From contig JALDRK010000020.1 of the NCBI GenBank assembly GCA_031315915.1, positions 211 to 64,210 of the forward strand: 64,000 nt of DNA, in the 5' to 3' direction. The translations under genes and the position numbers were made by a program. A model generated the notes under the pieces. That model did no database searches, had not been told where the DNA came from, and saw only the letters and a list, made by a program, of their open reading frames with translations. This DNA is from Nitrospirales bacterium. GTDB lineage: Bacteria; Nitrospirota; Nitrospiria; Nitrospirales; UBA8639. This document shows positions 9,355-18,958 of the stretch, in pieces; position 1 is the first letter of the stretch; each line of letters begins with the position of its first letter.

Positions 9355-10350
9355 ATGCGTCAACAATTCTCTTTTCATGATTCCTCTCTTATCCTTGAAG
9401 TACAGGGCTTGGACGAAATGCCTCCGCCTTATCTGGTCGGACTTCTTTTTGATTTTTGTTGGGAACCTTATTCGGGAGATCTTCCTTCACTACTACGCCT
9501 TGAGATCATTGACGGTTCACCGCCTCCTTCGAGCGACGGTCTGGCTTCGCAGGAAGTGTTCAAGTTACCCGACGGGGTACGATTGTCATTTTTCGGAAAA
9601 AATGCGCTGATTCAACTCCATGACATTCAAGGTCGCCTGAAATTTTCTGAAGGCCGGTGTTCAGTCTACGTTAACTCCCAATTTCCGGAGTACTCTCCGG
9701 AAGCCTTTTGTTCGTTTTGGATGGCCATCCTGATTTCCCTTCTTCAAAGCCGGGAAACCTATATGATTCATGCCGCGGGACTCGGGACTCCCGAGGGAGA
9801 AGGAGTCATCTTCGTGGCCCCCTCCGGTAGCGGAAAATCCACATTGACCCTTGGACTTATTCGTAAAGGATGGACCTATCTTTCAGATGACATTTTGTTT
9901 CTTCGATCATCGGGCGCCTGCATTGAGGCTTTTGCAGGACGGAAGACTTTTTACGTCGTCAAAGAACGGGCAGAGCAATACGAAGATTGGCCGTTTGGAG
10001 AGTCTGATTGTCCCGACCGGGATGGAAACCCCAGGCAGGAGATTCTTGTTCACCAACGGTACCCCATGCAATTTCATGGAAGGACCAGGCCTGGTGTCGT
10101 CGTTCTTCCCGCCATTGTCCGCCGTTCTAAAAGTTGCCTCATCCCGCTGGAGCGGGGGGCGGCCATCAAAGATATGTTACGGGAAAGTTCGATCGGTTTG
10201 ACCGGGCAACAGATCTTGCCGGGACAACTCGCGGTGATTTCCAGGCTGGTGGGACAATGCCAAGTCTTCAGGCTGGAAGCGGGAAAAGATCTTTATCAAC
10301 ATCCTGAATTTTTTTCAGATCTTTTGACACGGCAGAGTATTCGATCTTGA
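9355..10350 (+). CDS. HPr kinase/phosphorylase-related kinase (HprK-like, peptide-kinase type)
   Basis: 331 aa. The central segment HAAGLGTPEGEGVIFVAPSGSGKSTLTLGLIRKGWTYLSDDILFL matches the HprK C-terminal P-loop domain. The start codon is uncertain because there is no clear RBS. Confidence 0.75.
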   Translation: MRQQFSFHDSSLILEVQGLDEMPPPYLVGLLFDFCWEPYSGDLPSLLRLEIIDGSPPPSSDGLASQEVFKLPDGVRLSFFGKNALIQLHDIQGRLKFSEGRCSVYVNSQFPEYSPEAFCSFWMAILISLLQSRETYMIHAAGLGTPEGEGVIFVAPSGSGKSTLTLGLIRKGWTYLSDDILFLRSSGACIEAFAGRKTFYVVKERAEQYEDWPFGESDCPDRDGNPRQEILVHQRYPMQFHGRTRPGVVVLPAIVRRSKSCLIPLERGAAIKDMLRESSIGLTGQQILPGQLAVISRLVGQCQVFRLEAGKDLYQHPEFFSDLLTRQSIRS

Positions 10351-10388
10351 AACCAAGAATACCTCCGGGACCTCAAGGAGCATTGCCA

Positions 10389-10676
10389 ATGGTGACTATC
10401 CAATCAATCCTTCAACCACAGGCCTCTGTGGTCTACACCGAAATGAATGAGGAAGAAGCTGTAATTTGGCACATGGACATCCAGGAAATGTTCACCCTCA
10501 ATTTAACCGGCATACGCATTTGGACGGGGATCCAGGAGGGTCTGTCCGTTATGGCCATCAGTCATCGGCTGGTCCAGGAATTTGAGGTTGAAGAAGCCCA
10601 GGCCACGGCGAGTGTGATCGCGTTAATTCAGGAATTGCTGACGCGTGATCTTGTCACCATTCAAGAGCCTGCGTGA
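10389..10676 (+). CDS. PqqD-family protein (RiPP recognition element-like)
   Basis: ORF 10347..10676. ATG 10389 is preferred (AAGGAG 8 nt upstream). ..FTLNLTGIRIWTGIQEGLSVMAISHRLVQEFEVEEAQATASVIALIQELLTRDLV is a typical PqqD/RRE pattern. Confidence 0.75.
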   Translation: MVTIQSILQPQASVVYTEMNEEEAVIWHMDIQEMFTLNLTGIRIWTGIQEGLSVMAISHRLVQEFEVEEAQATASVIALIQELLTRDLVTIQEPA

Positions 10677-10830
10677 GGAGGCAGGCCAATCCTGAGCCTC
10701 TATCCCCCCACCCGGAATTTTCTCCAGCGAGTCATCACTCCTCTCCCGGTATGCGACTGTTCACCAATTTCCATACACCGGAGAGCAATCCATCCTGAAT
10801 CCGAAACCTCACCTATAAAGTAGATGACCC

Positions 10831-11487
10831 TTATGATGCCATTTTAATCAGTTCCCGGATGGCCCCGCTCACACCCTCAAAAATCTGATGGGGCTTCGCC
10901 GTGCCGTACATATACGCCGGAGTGGTGATGACTTTATTGCTGTGATCCACCACATATTTTTCCACCGCGCAGTTTTGATGTTTGGCCCCGGTCTTTTCGA
11001 GTTCCGACGCCGTGCCCGCATCCTCTCCAATGGTCACGTTCACCCCTTTATCTCCTAAGGCCAACGCCATGATAGCCGGTGCGATACAAATGGCGGCAAT
11101 CGGCTTCCCACTGCCGCTGAATTCTTTGACGATTCTGGCCACTTCCGGATCAATCTGCCCTCCGCTGCCTTGCTTGGCAAAATCACAGAGATGCAACGCC
11201 GCACCAAATCCTCCGGGAAACGCAAGGGCATCAAAATCCTGGGCTTTGAGTTTTTCCAATGGCTGGATATCTCCACGAGCGATGCGAGCGGCTTCCTGCA
11301 AAGCATTTCGCTTCTGAACGGTAGATTTCTGCGTCAGATGATTGACTTCGTCCACCTCCTTGTTGGGAGCGAACACGCGATAACTCGCTCCGTTTTGACC
11401 AATGGCGATGAGCGTACTGATGGCCTCGGTGATCTCGGCTCCGTCCAAAAATCCACAACCTGAAAGAATGACGGCCACGTTTTTCAT
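10831..11487 (-). CDS. elbB: DJ-1/PfpI family protein, ElbB-type
   Basis: 218 aa with MKNVAVILSGCGFLDGAEI..., FDALAFPGGFGAA and PIAAICIAP, an ElbB-like arrangement. Confidence 0.85.
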   Translation of the reverse strand: MKNVAVILSGCGFLDGAEITEAISTLIAIGQNGASYRVFAPNKEVDEVNHLTQKSTVQKRNALQEAARIARGDIQPLEKLKAQDFDALAFPGGFGAALHLCDFAKQGSGGQIDPEVARIVKEFSGSGKPIAAICIAPAIMALALGDKGVNVTIGEDAGTASELEKTGAKHQNCAVEKYVVDHSNKVITTPAYMYGTAKPHQIFEGVSGAIRELIKMAS

Positions 11488-11706
11488 AATTCCCTCCTTT
11501 GCAATAAACCATAACCTTGGGAGATCGGCGTGAGCATCTGAACAGTCCCAATTTTTGTCGTGATGTATTACGCTAGTATGACTCCATTCAAAAGGTCAAT
11601 CCGGTTTTTCCTTAAAGACTCTCTCCTGACCACAAGGGTCGAAGACAGATGTCATCATGGTATTCTTTCCAGCAGAGATGAACAACCCTTTTATGGGAGG
11701 TGGAGG

Positions 11707-12033
11707 ATGAGCCACAATCGGTTTGATTTTCGCGGAACGGGATTCAGTTGTCTCTGGCTGTTTATCTGGACCTGGGTACTCACCGTGATGACGTTCGGTT
11801 TGTTTTTTCCCTGGGCCTACTCGGCGCAACAACGTTGGATTTCGGAACATACCTTCATCGACAATCGACAACTGGTGTTTTGGGGAACAGGATTTGGCTT
11901 CTTTGGAAACTGGCTGCTGATCATGGTGCTCACCATCATCACCTTCGGCTTGTACATGCCTTGGGGATTTTGTCGCCTGAAACGCTGGCAGACCAACAAT
12001 CTGGCCTTTGCCGATGACGTGCACACAGGGTAA
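11707..12033 (+). CDS. small membrane protein, DUF898/YjgN-like
   Basis: ORF 11560..12033. ATG 11707 is preceded by GGGAGG. Two hairpin-like TM pairs are present (LTVMTFGLFFPWAY and LTIITFGLYMPWGF). Confidence 0.55.
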   Translation: MSHNRFDFRGTGFSCLWLFIWTWVLTVMTFGLFFPWAYSAQQRWISEHTFIDNRQLVFWGTGFGFFGNWLLIMVLTIITFGLYMPWGFCRLKRWQTNNLAFADDVHTG

Positions 12034-12051
12034 GCCCACACAGGTCATTCC

Positions 12052-13311
12052 ATGAACATTCTCATCTTAGCTGTTGGCAGTTATGGCGATGTGTTGCCCC
12101 TGGTGGGACTAGGGCGTGAATTGCGTACACACGGACATACCATTACGCTTTTCACCAACGGCCACTTCGCCTCTCTCATGGAACAGGCACAATTGCATTT
12201 TGTTCCCTTGGGATCGGCGGAGGATTATGATGACATTGCCGACAACCCGGATTTGTGGCATCCCCACAAAGGCTGGCGGCTTATTATGCAACGCCTGGCC
12301 TCGCCACAGTTACGAGAGGCCTATCGCGTCCTGTGCCGACATATCCGACAGGGAGACACCATCATGGTGAGTTCCACATTGGGCTTTTCAGCCAGACTGG
12401 TCCAGGAAACCCATAGCATACCCCATGCTACAGTGCATTTTTCTCCCGGGGTGTTCCATTCCGCCCATGCCCCGCCCAAAATGCCCAATCTCGTATTACC
12501 CGATTGGCTGCCCATCTGGTTCAAGCGAGGGTGCTGGTCCCTAATCAATCACACCGTGATCGATCCGGTCCTCAAACCTTATCTCAACACGTTTCGCCGG
12601 GAACTTGGATTGCCTCCGGTTTCACGGATTTTTCATTCTTGGGCGCATTCGCCAGACCTGGTGGTGGGCATGTTTCCCGACTGGTTTGCGCCGGTTCAGC
12701 GGGACTGGCCTTCAGGCACACACCTCACCGGCTTCCCACTGTATGACGAAGCCCATGATGCCGAACTCACAGCTAGCGTTGAGCTGTTTTTAGAAGCTCA
12801 CTCTCAGCCCTTGGTATATACACCGGGTTCGGCCAATAAACATGGACGATCATTTTTCAGAGAAGCCGCCGAGGCATCTCAACAACTGGGGCGCCCGGCA
12901 ATTTTTCTGACGCGATATCCCGAACAACTCCCTCCCTCGCTTCCGAAGTCCATTCGACACTTTGCCTATGTTCCGCTCAGCCGGCTCCTCCCACACTGTA
13001 CGGCACTCATTCATCACGGCGGCATCGGTACCTGTTCGCAGGCCATGCGGGCCGGAATCCCTCAGCTCATTCAACCTTTGGCGTTTGACCAGTTCGATAA
13101 TGCCGCGCGAACGGTCACATTAGGAGTCGGGAAAATGATTCTATCACGGGCATTCCGTAGCCCGCTCATCGCCCGCACATTGGAAGGCATGTTGGCAAAT
13201 CCTGATACCCATCAACGATGCCAACACCTCGCCCAACGCGTACGGGAGACCAATGGCCTCTCTTTAGCCTGCCAGATAATCCAAAAGCAGCTCATTAATC
13301 GAATCTTCTGA
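12052..13311 (+). CDS. GT1-family (MGT/UDP-glycosyltransferase-like) glycosyltransferase
   Basis: 419 aa with N-terminal MNILILAVGSYGDVLPLVGLGRELRTHGH and C-terminal HHGGIGTCSQAMRAGIPQLIQPLAFDQFDNA. Confidence 0.8.
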   Translation: MNILILAVGSYGDVLPLVGLGRELRTHGHTITLFTNGHFASLMEQAQLHFVPLGSAEDYDDIADNPDLWHPHKGWRLIMQRLASPQLREAYRVLCRHIRQGDTIMVSSTLGFSARLVQETHSIPHATVHFSPGVFHSAHAPPKMPNLVLPDWLPIWFKRGCWSLINHTVIDPVLKPYLNTFRRELGLPPVSRIFHSWAHSPDLVVGMFPDWFAPVQRDWPSGTHLTGFPLYDEAHDAELTASVELFLEAHSQPLVYTPGSANKHGRSFFREAAEASQQLGRPAIFLTRYPEQLPPSLPKSIRHFAYVPLSRLLPHCTALIHHGGIGTCSQAMRAGIPQLIQPLAFDQFDNAARTVTLGVGKMILSRAFRSPLIARTLEGMLANPDTHQRCQHLAQRVRETNGLSLACQIIQKQLINRIF

Positions 13312-13379
13312 GGCTTCCTCTGATTTTGTCTTCTTTTAACTTGATGAACTTTGCAGGGCCTTGGTAGAGTGCCTTCGCT

Positions 13380-13913
13380 GTGTCTGATCCTGTAACGTTC
13401 CAATTCAAGAAGAAAAATCCGAAAGCCACTATCTCCACCAAGTTGGGAGATATTGAAATCCGGTTTTTTACCGATGACGCCCCGCGTCATGTCGAAAATT
13501 TTTTAAACCTGATCAGACTGAAATTTTATGACGGTTTGTCCTTTCACCGCATCATCCCCGGCTTTATCATTCAAGGCGGGGATCCCTTCACCAAAGAACC
13601 GGATCGGAGCCTTCACGGCACCGGGGGACCGGGCTTTAGCCTTCCCCCCGAAACCAGCGACCGGCCGCATCGGCGTGGAGCGGTTTCCATGGCCAAAGTC
13701 CCCAGAACCGAGGACTCGACCCGCGACGTGGCCGATAGCGGATCGCAATTTTTCATTTGTGTGGAAGATCAGGGCAGTCTGGACCGGAGATACACGGTCT
13801 TCGGCAAAGTGACGAAGGGCATGAACGTGGTGGATACCATTGTCGCCCAGGCAAGAGATGAGCGGGACAACCCACTGGACCCCGTCCGAATGACCATATG
13901 GGCAGAGGAATAA
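13380..13913 (+). CDS. cyclophilin-type peptidyl-prolyl isomerase
   Basis: GTG start. Contains FHRIIPGFIIQGGDP, SMAK and GSQFFIC cyclophilin motifs. Confidence 0.85.
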   Translation: MSDPVTFQFKKKNPKATISTKLGDIEIRFFTDDAPRHVENFLNLIRLKFYDGLSFHRIIPGFIIQGGDPFTKEPDRSLHGTGGPGFSLPPETSDRPHRRGAVSMAKVPRTEDSTRDVADSGSQFFICVEDQGSLDRRYTVFGKVTKGMNVVDTIVAQARDERDNPLDPVRMTIWAEE

Positions 13914-14487
13914 CCAGTGACAAACCCTTTCACTCTTGTAAACCCGTCCAGGCAAAGACTTATCCGGAGATCACAGAATGGCACACAGGGGTGTTGCGGC
14001 ACCAACAATTTTTTCATCCACCGACAAGCAACATTCGCTCTTCATCACTCAAATGACACCCTGAAGACTCTCTGGACGACTTAGAGGCGTCTCTTCGCAT
14101 TCCCCCTCCCCGCCGCACTCGCGATACCACCATTCGACCAACTTCGGTAAACGAGGTGGTGGTTCATGATAAGGAGTTCGGCAACGTTCAGAAAATCAAT
14201 GGTTTACAGCAAAAGACATCGATCGAATCTTAAATTTCGTTTTCCTCAGAAACACTCCCGCATTTTTAAAAGCCCTCACCAGAGTCTTCGTTCCGTAGAA
14301 CCCTTCTCCTCTCCCCTTCCTTCCAGAATCATGCGAGAGATTCCAAGCACCTCGTTTTGACGGTCCATCAAGCCGACCAATAAAATATTACTATGGAAGG
14401 TGTCTGGGTAATCGGGAGTTCATGAGCGCCGGCCATTCCTCCTGACTTTCTCTAGAGTGGACGGCGTTAGGAAAGGAAGGTGGGATT

Positions 14488-15333
14488 ATGATGCGCGGAA
14501 AACGTCGTCTGTGCCATACCTTGGGAATAACAGGATTTCTTTTAGTGGTACTCACAGACATCGGGTGTGTCGCGATCGAAGCTGGCCATGAAGGGGTATT
14601 GGTGGAGCAACCGTTCTTATTCGGCCATGGCGGAGTCGATCCTGTTCCCACCACGACCGGTCGGGTAATCGTTTCCCCAACGACGAAGGTCATTGATGTC
14701 GACATCCGACCAATTCAATACTCGGAACATTTCGATATTATTTCAGCGGAAAATGCCCCCGTGTCTTTCGATGCTTTTCTAATCGCTAATGTTGTCGAAG
14801 GCCGATCCCCGGAACTGATTTCAAAATATGGGCCCAACTGGTATCAGAACAACGTTAAAGAAGCTTTCCGGACCTTCGTACGGGAAGAAGTGCAAAAATA
14901 CCCGCTTTTTCAGTTAACAACCGATCCGACCACAAGGGCGAAGTTGCAGGACGCCATTGCACGAGAGATCCAGACAAAGCTGATTGAAAAGCAGGGCATC
15001 CCAGTGCGATTGAACCGCGTGGTCGTCGGGAGTATCCTTCCTCCGAAAGGGGTAGTCGAGCAAACGACACAGACCATTATTCAAGAGCAGCGCAAGATTA
15101 CGATGGTGGAGTTCCAAAAGGCGGAAGAAGCGCGCGAAAAAGCTGAAAAGCAGCGCGGAATCGCAGACCGGGCTTATCGGGAATCCCTGGGCTTAACAGC
15201 CCCCGAATTTGTGGACCTGCGTCGTATCGAAGTACAGAAGGAAATCGTCCAACATTCTCCGACGGCCTTGACGGTCATCATGGGCCTAGAGCGGGTGGGA
15301 ATCAATATACCACCGTTATCGGGGAGCAACTAA
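14488..15333 (+). CDS. SPFH/band-7 (prohibitin-like) domain membrane protein
   Basis: 281 aa. GGAAGGTGGG upstream. N-terminal TM/lipobox-like LTDIGC, SPFH-like core, and a coiled Ala/Glu-rich tail (QKAEEAREKAEKQR). Confidence 0.7.
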   Translation: MMRGKRRLCHTLGITGFLLVVLTDIGCVAIEAGHEGVLVEQPFLFGHGGVDPVPTTTGRVIVSPTTKVIDVDIRPIQYSEHFDIISAENAPVSFDAFLIANVVEGRSPELISKYGPNWYQNNVKEAFRTFVREEVQKYPLFQLTTDPTTRAKLQDAIAREIQTKLIEKQGIPVRLNRVVVGSILPPKGVVEQTTQTIIQEQRKITMVEFQKAEEAREKAEKQRGIADRAYRESLGLTAPEFVDLRRIEVQKEIVQHSPTALTVIMGLERVGINIPPLSGSN

Positions 15334-15422
15334 GGAGGATCTTTTTTCCACAACGATTGGGGGAGTGGGTAGATCGAGCATCCGCTCCCTACCATTTTAG
15401 CTTAGAATGGTGCCACTCTCAG

Positions 15423-15710
15423 CTACTTCACCAGCCGAACCTGAGCGGTCTTGGCGATTGCAGGTTTGACAAATTTGAGCACGGCCATGGCATCAAGGCT
15501 CATAATGTCTTCTCCTGTCGATGTTTTTCTGGCCGGATGGAGTTCAGTCTTAACCAGGAAGCTTTGCTCGTCGGAGAAATCCACCATGATGTCGGCTGAT
15601 TCTCTGAGTCCACCCTGGTAGTGTGTGTCCAACCAATCCAGTCGCTTCAATGCCTGATATTGCACGGCAATGATGCCGCCACTTTCTTCACGAACACTGA
15701 GAATGCGCAA
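15423..15710 (-). CDS. hypothetical protein (weak call)
   Basis: 95-aa ORF with a TTG start and no good RBS. It is open and in frame all the way back to the TAA of the upstream Memo-like gene. Confidence 0.3.
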   Translation of the reverse strand: MRILSVREESGGIIAVQYQALKRLDWLDTHYQGGLRESADIMVDFSDEQSFLVKTELHPARKTSTGEDIMSLDAMAVLKFVKPAIAKTAQVRLVK

Positions 15711-15803
15711 CTTTTCAATTATGGCTTGGATGATCGGAAGACGCTGCCTTGCCTCAAGCTTACAGGCCCCAGTTGCGAGACTTCTACCAGACTTTATTAC
15801 ACC

Positions 15804-17066
15804 TTACACAAACACAATACTGGCGTAGGTCACCGTCGAATTGAACTGATCGGTAATTCCCCTGTCATACCGCAGCACCTGCCCCTTCAGGGGAATCTCA
15901 TCTCGTTTCAGCAACTTCAACAGTGAAAAAATCGCGGAAAAGCCCAAAATTTTCCGGTGGTCCCCTTCCTTCAGAATAAATTCAGCAAATCCTTCAGGGT
16001 CGGTCTCTTCGACTTTCTTCAACATTTCCAGATCGGTTTGCATGCACTTATGGAAGGAATAGTCCGTCGGCGGCTTTTGATCGCCGTACCGGATGCCGAT
16101 ATGCGCCAGATTGGCACTGGCAATCACGCACACCTGCTGTTTCGTGGATTCAATGGCCCGCTTGGTAACGGCAATAAACTGGTCCACCCGTTCAAACAAG
16201 CTTTGAAATTCCCCGCCGGTCAAGGTGGCAGGCGGAAAGGAACAGAGCACCGGCAAAATGGTGAAGGCACGGCCCTCGCCCATGGCATGTTGCAGAAAGG
16301 GTAACTGCAATTCCAGGCTATGCTCCCGAACGTGGGCCAGTTCCTCCTGAAAAAACGTGTCTCCCGTTTCTTTGCGGATAAATTCCACCAGCGGGCGATT
16401 GACCGGCACCCGGCCAAACGGCGTGTCAAAATCCTTATCCGTAAACGCAATCCCACCCTCAAGCCCGGCATGACAGGTTCCAAGAACGATAAACACATCC
16501 GGTGTTTGCCCTTCACGCACTTCCTTATAGCCCCAGGCATAAATCGGCCCGGCTTCCTTCATGTCGAAACTCGGCGCTACCAGTCCTTTAATCAATTTTC
16601 CGGCATTGTCCGAGGGAGTTTTTCCGGCCCCTCTTTCGATTGATAAAATCCGTCTAGTTGCGCCCGCAGTTTGACAGGATCGGCCTCATATTGTTTGCCG
16701 GCAAAGGCCATGGGGCGCACATCCTGCTTCCGGTAGGTCTCTAAAGCTTGATGCGCCTGTGCAGCCCGCTCCCCTTCCAGAAACATTTTATTTTCCAAAT
16801 CCTCAACCAGCTTATTCAGCCGGTCAGGCATCATGAATTCGCCATATTTTTTGAGATATTCGGCCCCGACCTGCTCCAACGAATGTTCCCCATCAAAAAA
16901 CTGAAACAGATAAAAAGTTCAACGGCAACACCAGCTTTTCCGTTGACAACCCGGACGGGTCCCACAGAACAATATATTGCTCTTCTCCCTGTTTCAGGGG
17001 TGAATATTGCAAATTGCGCAACAGCGGGTAATTTTTTGAATCTTTTTCAACAATTTCGGTACTCAT
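15804..17066 (-). pseudogene. Memo/AmmeMemoRadiSam-B-like protein with a ~150-aa N-terminal extension, interrupted by two frameshifts
   Basis: Three consecutive reading frames: 17066->~16910, 16879->16592 (VRPMAFAGKQYEADPVKLRAQLDGFY, a typical Memo N-terminus) and 16595->15804 (LGTCHAGLEG, EHSLELQLPFL, SANLAHIG). The frame changes map to a plus-strand A5 run (16912-16916) and a T4 run (16596-16599). Confidence 0.65.
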
Positions 17067-17299
17067 AGTGCCCTATCCTGATTTCATTGGAGGTTTTTGT
17101 TATAAGTCAGTCATTATACGGATGCCTTGTTTGGCCCCGCAACCAATATTGACAAGGGATTTACACGAAAGCCTTAAGAGGTCTAAATGAAAGGCTTTAC
17201 AGGCATTTTGAATTCTGAGAGTAAGAGGCACTCAAGCGGCAAGAAAATAAGTCAATGATTGGCTGGGTACTGCTGAGGATGATGTGGTGAGACAGACAA

Positions 17300-18958
17300 T
17301 CAGGTCTTCTGTCCGGCCATGCGTTTGGCCAGGCGCTGGGCTACGCGCTTCATGGCGGTGGACCGGTCACCGGGATCAAGGAAGACATTCAGCACATGAA
17401 CTTGTTTGTGGTCCTCAATGGCGGTTGTCAAGGCCTTGACCAATTCTCCAAAGGTGGCCACCCGATGGCCCACACCGCCACCGATGAGGTCGCAAACTTT
17501 TTCGTACTGCCATTCATGAATATCATTGAACGGACCTTCCAGAATTTCACGTTCAGTCGAATACCCATGATTATTCAGTACCACGACGATGGGTGCCTGC
17601 CCATGGCAGATGCAGGTGGATAATTCGGTGCCGGTCATTTGAAAGGCCCCATCACCCACTATCACCAGAGACCGGAGGGTCGGATCGGCAAATCCGGCAC
17701 CAAGCGCAGCGGGAACACTGAATCCCATTGACGTGTAATAAGCCGGAGACAGAAACTCCGCGCTTTTCCGTACACGCAGATCGGCGGCGGCAAACAGCGA
17801 TTCCCCGACATCGGCAATCACCACCGTCTTATCATTCAGCAGCCCGTCCAGATACCCGAACACATTGCGGAGCGTCACTGCCGCTTCCGGTCCTGGCTGA
17901 TCAAACCGGACGCTGTCTCGAGGGGGGAGCGTCCGCGGGGGAAAGGACGGCAATGGCGACGCGACCAAGGCCCGGATAAAATCTTCAAAGCGGACATCGG
18001 CATAGGTATGGTGCTTGATGGCCACAGCATCAGGCGTGGCATGGATGGTGCGGCCGGCAGCCAGGAGGGTGGAGTGCGCCTTCACATCTTCAATATCCGT
18101 GAGCAAGGTTCCCAGGGTCAGCAAACAATCGGCGTTTTCCACAAAATCCAGAATTTCTTCCCGCCCCACCAGTCCGCCATACACCCCGATATTCAAGGGA
18201 TGATCCTCACGGATCACCGACTTTCCCAACAGAGTGGTCCCAATAGGCACATGCATACGTTCGACCAGGTCGGTCAGCGTATCTTGAAGACCGAACCGGT
18301 GAATCTCGGCGCCTGCCAGAATAACCGGACGCTCCGAGCCGGACAAAATACCCCGAACTTCCGCCACGGCTTCCTTGAGCGCCGCCGGATCGCTTTGGCA
18401 GACCTGTTCTTTCGGCGGATCGGAAGAGACGGCCTTCACAGGGGCAAGCACGAGGTCCCGTGGAATTTCCAAATAGATGGGCCGCTTGTATTGGAGCAAC
18501 GCTTTCAAAGCCCGGTCAATTTCCCGTTCGGCGGTATGAGGGTCATCCAGAATGACGGAGGCAACGGTAACCTTTTCGAAGACATCCCGTTGGGTGGAGA
18601 AATCACGGACCATATGATGAAGGTAAGGATTATTCACGCGTTCGGACAACCCCGGAGAGCCGGAAATGAGCACCACGGGCGACCTTTCGGCATAGGCACA
18701 GGCAATCGCATTCACCATGTTCAGGCCACCCACGCAATAGGTCACACAGGCTCCGCCAATTCCGTGAATGCGGGCATAGGCATCGGCTGCAAAACCCGCA
18801 CAATCTTCCCTGGTCGTGCCGATGTGCCTGATGGGAGATTCTTCGATGAGCTTAAAGAGCGTCAGCACATAATCGCCGGGAATACCGAATAGATGGCCGA
18901 GACCTAACTTATGCAAGCGGTCCAGCAGAAGGGAGCCGATGGTGTAGGAATTACTCAT
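17300..18958 (-). CDS. thiamine-diphosphate-dependent 2-keto-acid decarboxylase (indolepyruvate/pyruvate decarboxylase family)
   Basis: 552 aa with three-domain architecture. N-terminal GIPGDYVL...TTREDCAGFAADAYAR and a TPP motif VGDGAFQMTGTELS...VVVLNNHGY. Confidence 0.85.
   Translation of the reverse strand: MSNSYTIGSLLLDRLHKLGLGHLFGIPGDYVLTLFKLIEESPIRHIGTTREDCAGFAADAYARIHGIGGACVTYCVGGLNMVNAIACAYAERSPVVLISGSPGLSERVNNPYLHHMVRDFSTQRDVFEKVTVASVILDDPHTAEREIDRALKALLQYKRPIYLEIPRDLVLAPVKAVSSDPPKEQVCQSDPAALKEAVAEVRGILSGSERPVILAGAEIHRFGLQDTLTDLVERMHVPIGTTLLGKSVIREDHPLNIGVYGGLVGREEILDFVENADCLLTLGTLLTDIEDVKAHSTLLAAGRTIHATPDAVAIKHHTYADVRFEDFIRALVASPLPSFPPRTLPPRDSVRFDQPGPEAAVTLRNVFGYLDGLLNDKTVVIADVGESLFAAADLRVRKSAEFLSPAYYTSMGFSVPAALGAGFADPTLRSLVIVGDGAFQMTGTELSTCICHGQAPIVVVLNNHGYSTEREILEGPFNDIHEWQYEKVCDLIGGGVGHRVATFGELVKALTTAIEDHKQVHVLNVFLDPGDRSTAMKRVAQRLAKRMAGQKT

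Noticed and set aside
8911-10676. Calling the locus a canonical lasso-peptide gene cluster.
   Set aside because: No B2 protease or C cyclase gene lies in the window. The predicted core starts with Thr and has no Asp/Glu at positions 7-9. Only the leader, RRE and kinase components are supported.
15711-15806. Possible stop-codon read-through linking the Memo-like gene to the in-frame downstream 95-aa ORF.
   Set aside because: The Memo-like protein already ends with a family-typical C-terminus (TYASIVFV). Being in frame is a one-in-three coincidence, and no read-through signal is evident.
17300-18958. Annotating the TPP enzyme as phosphonopyruvate decarboxylase partnering the PEP mutase.
   Set aside because: It has the ~550-aa three-domain IPDC/PDC architecture, whereas known Ppd enzymes are shorter. 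It lies 14 kb away on the other strand with unrelated genes between. It is kept only as a low-interest hypothesis.
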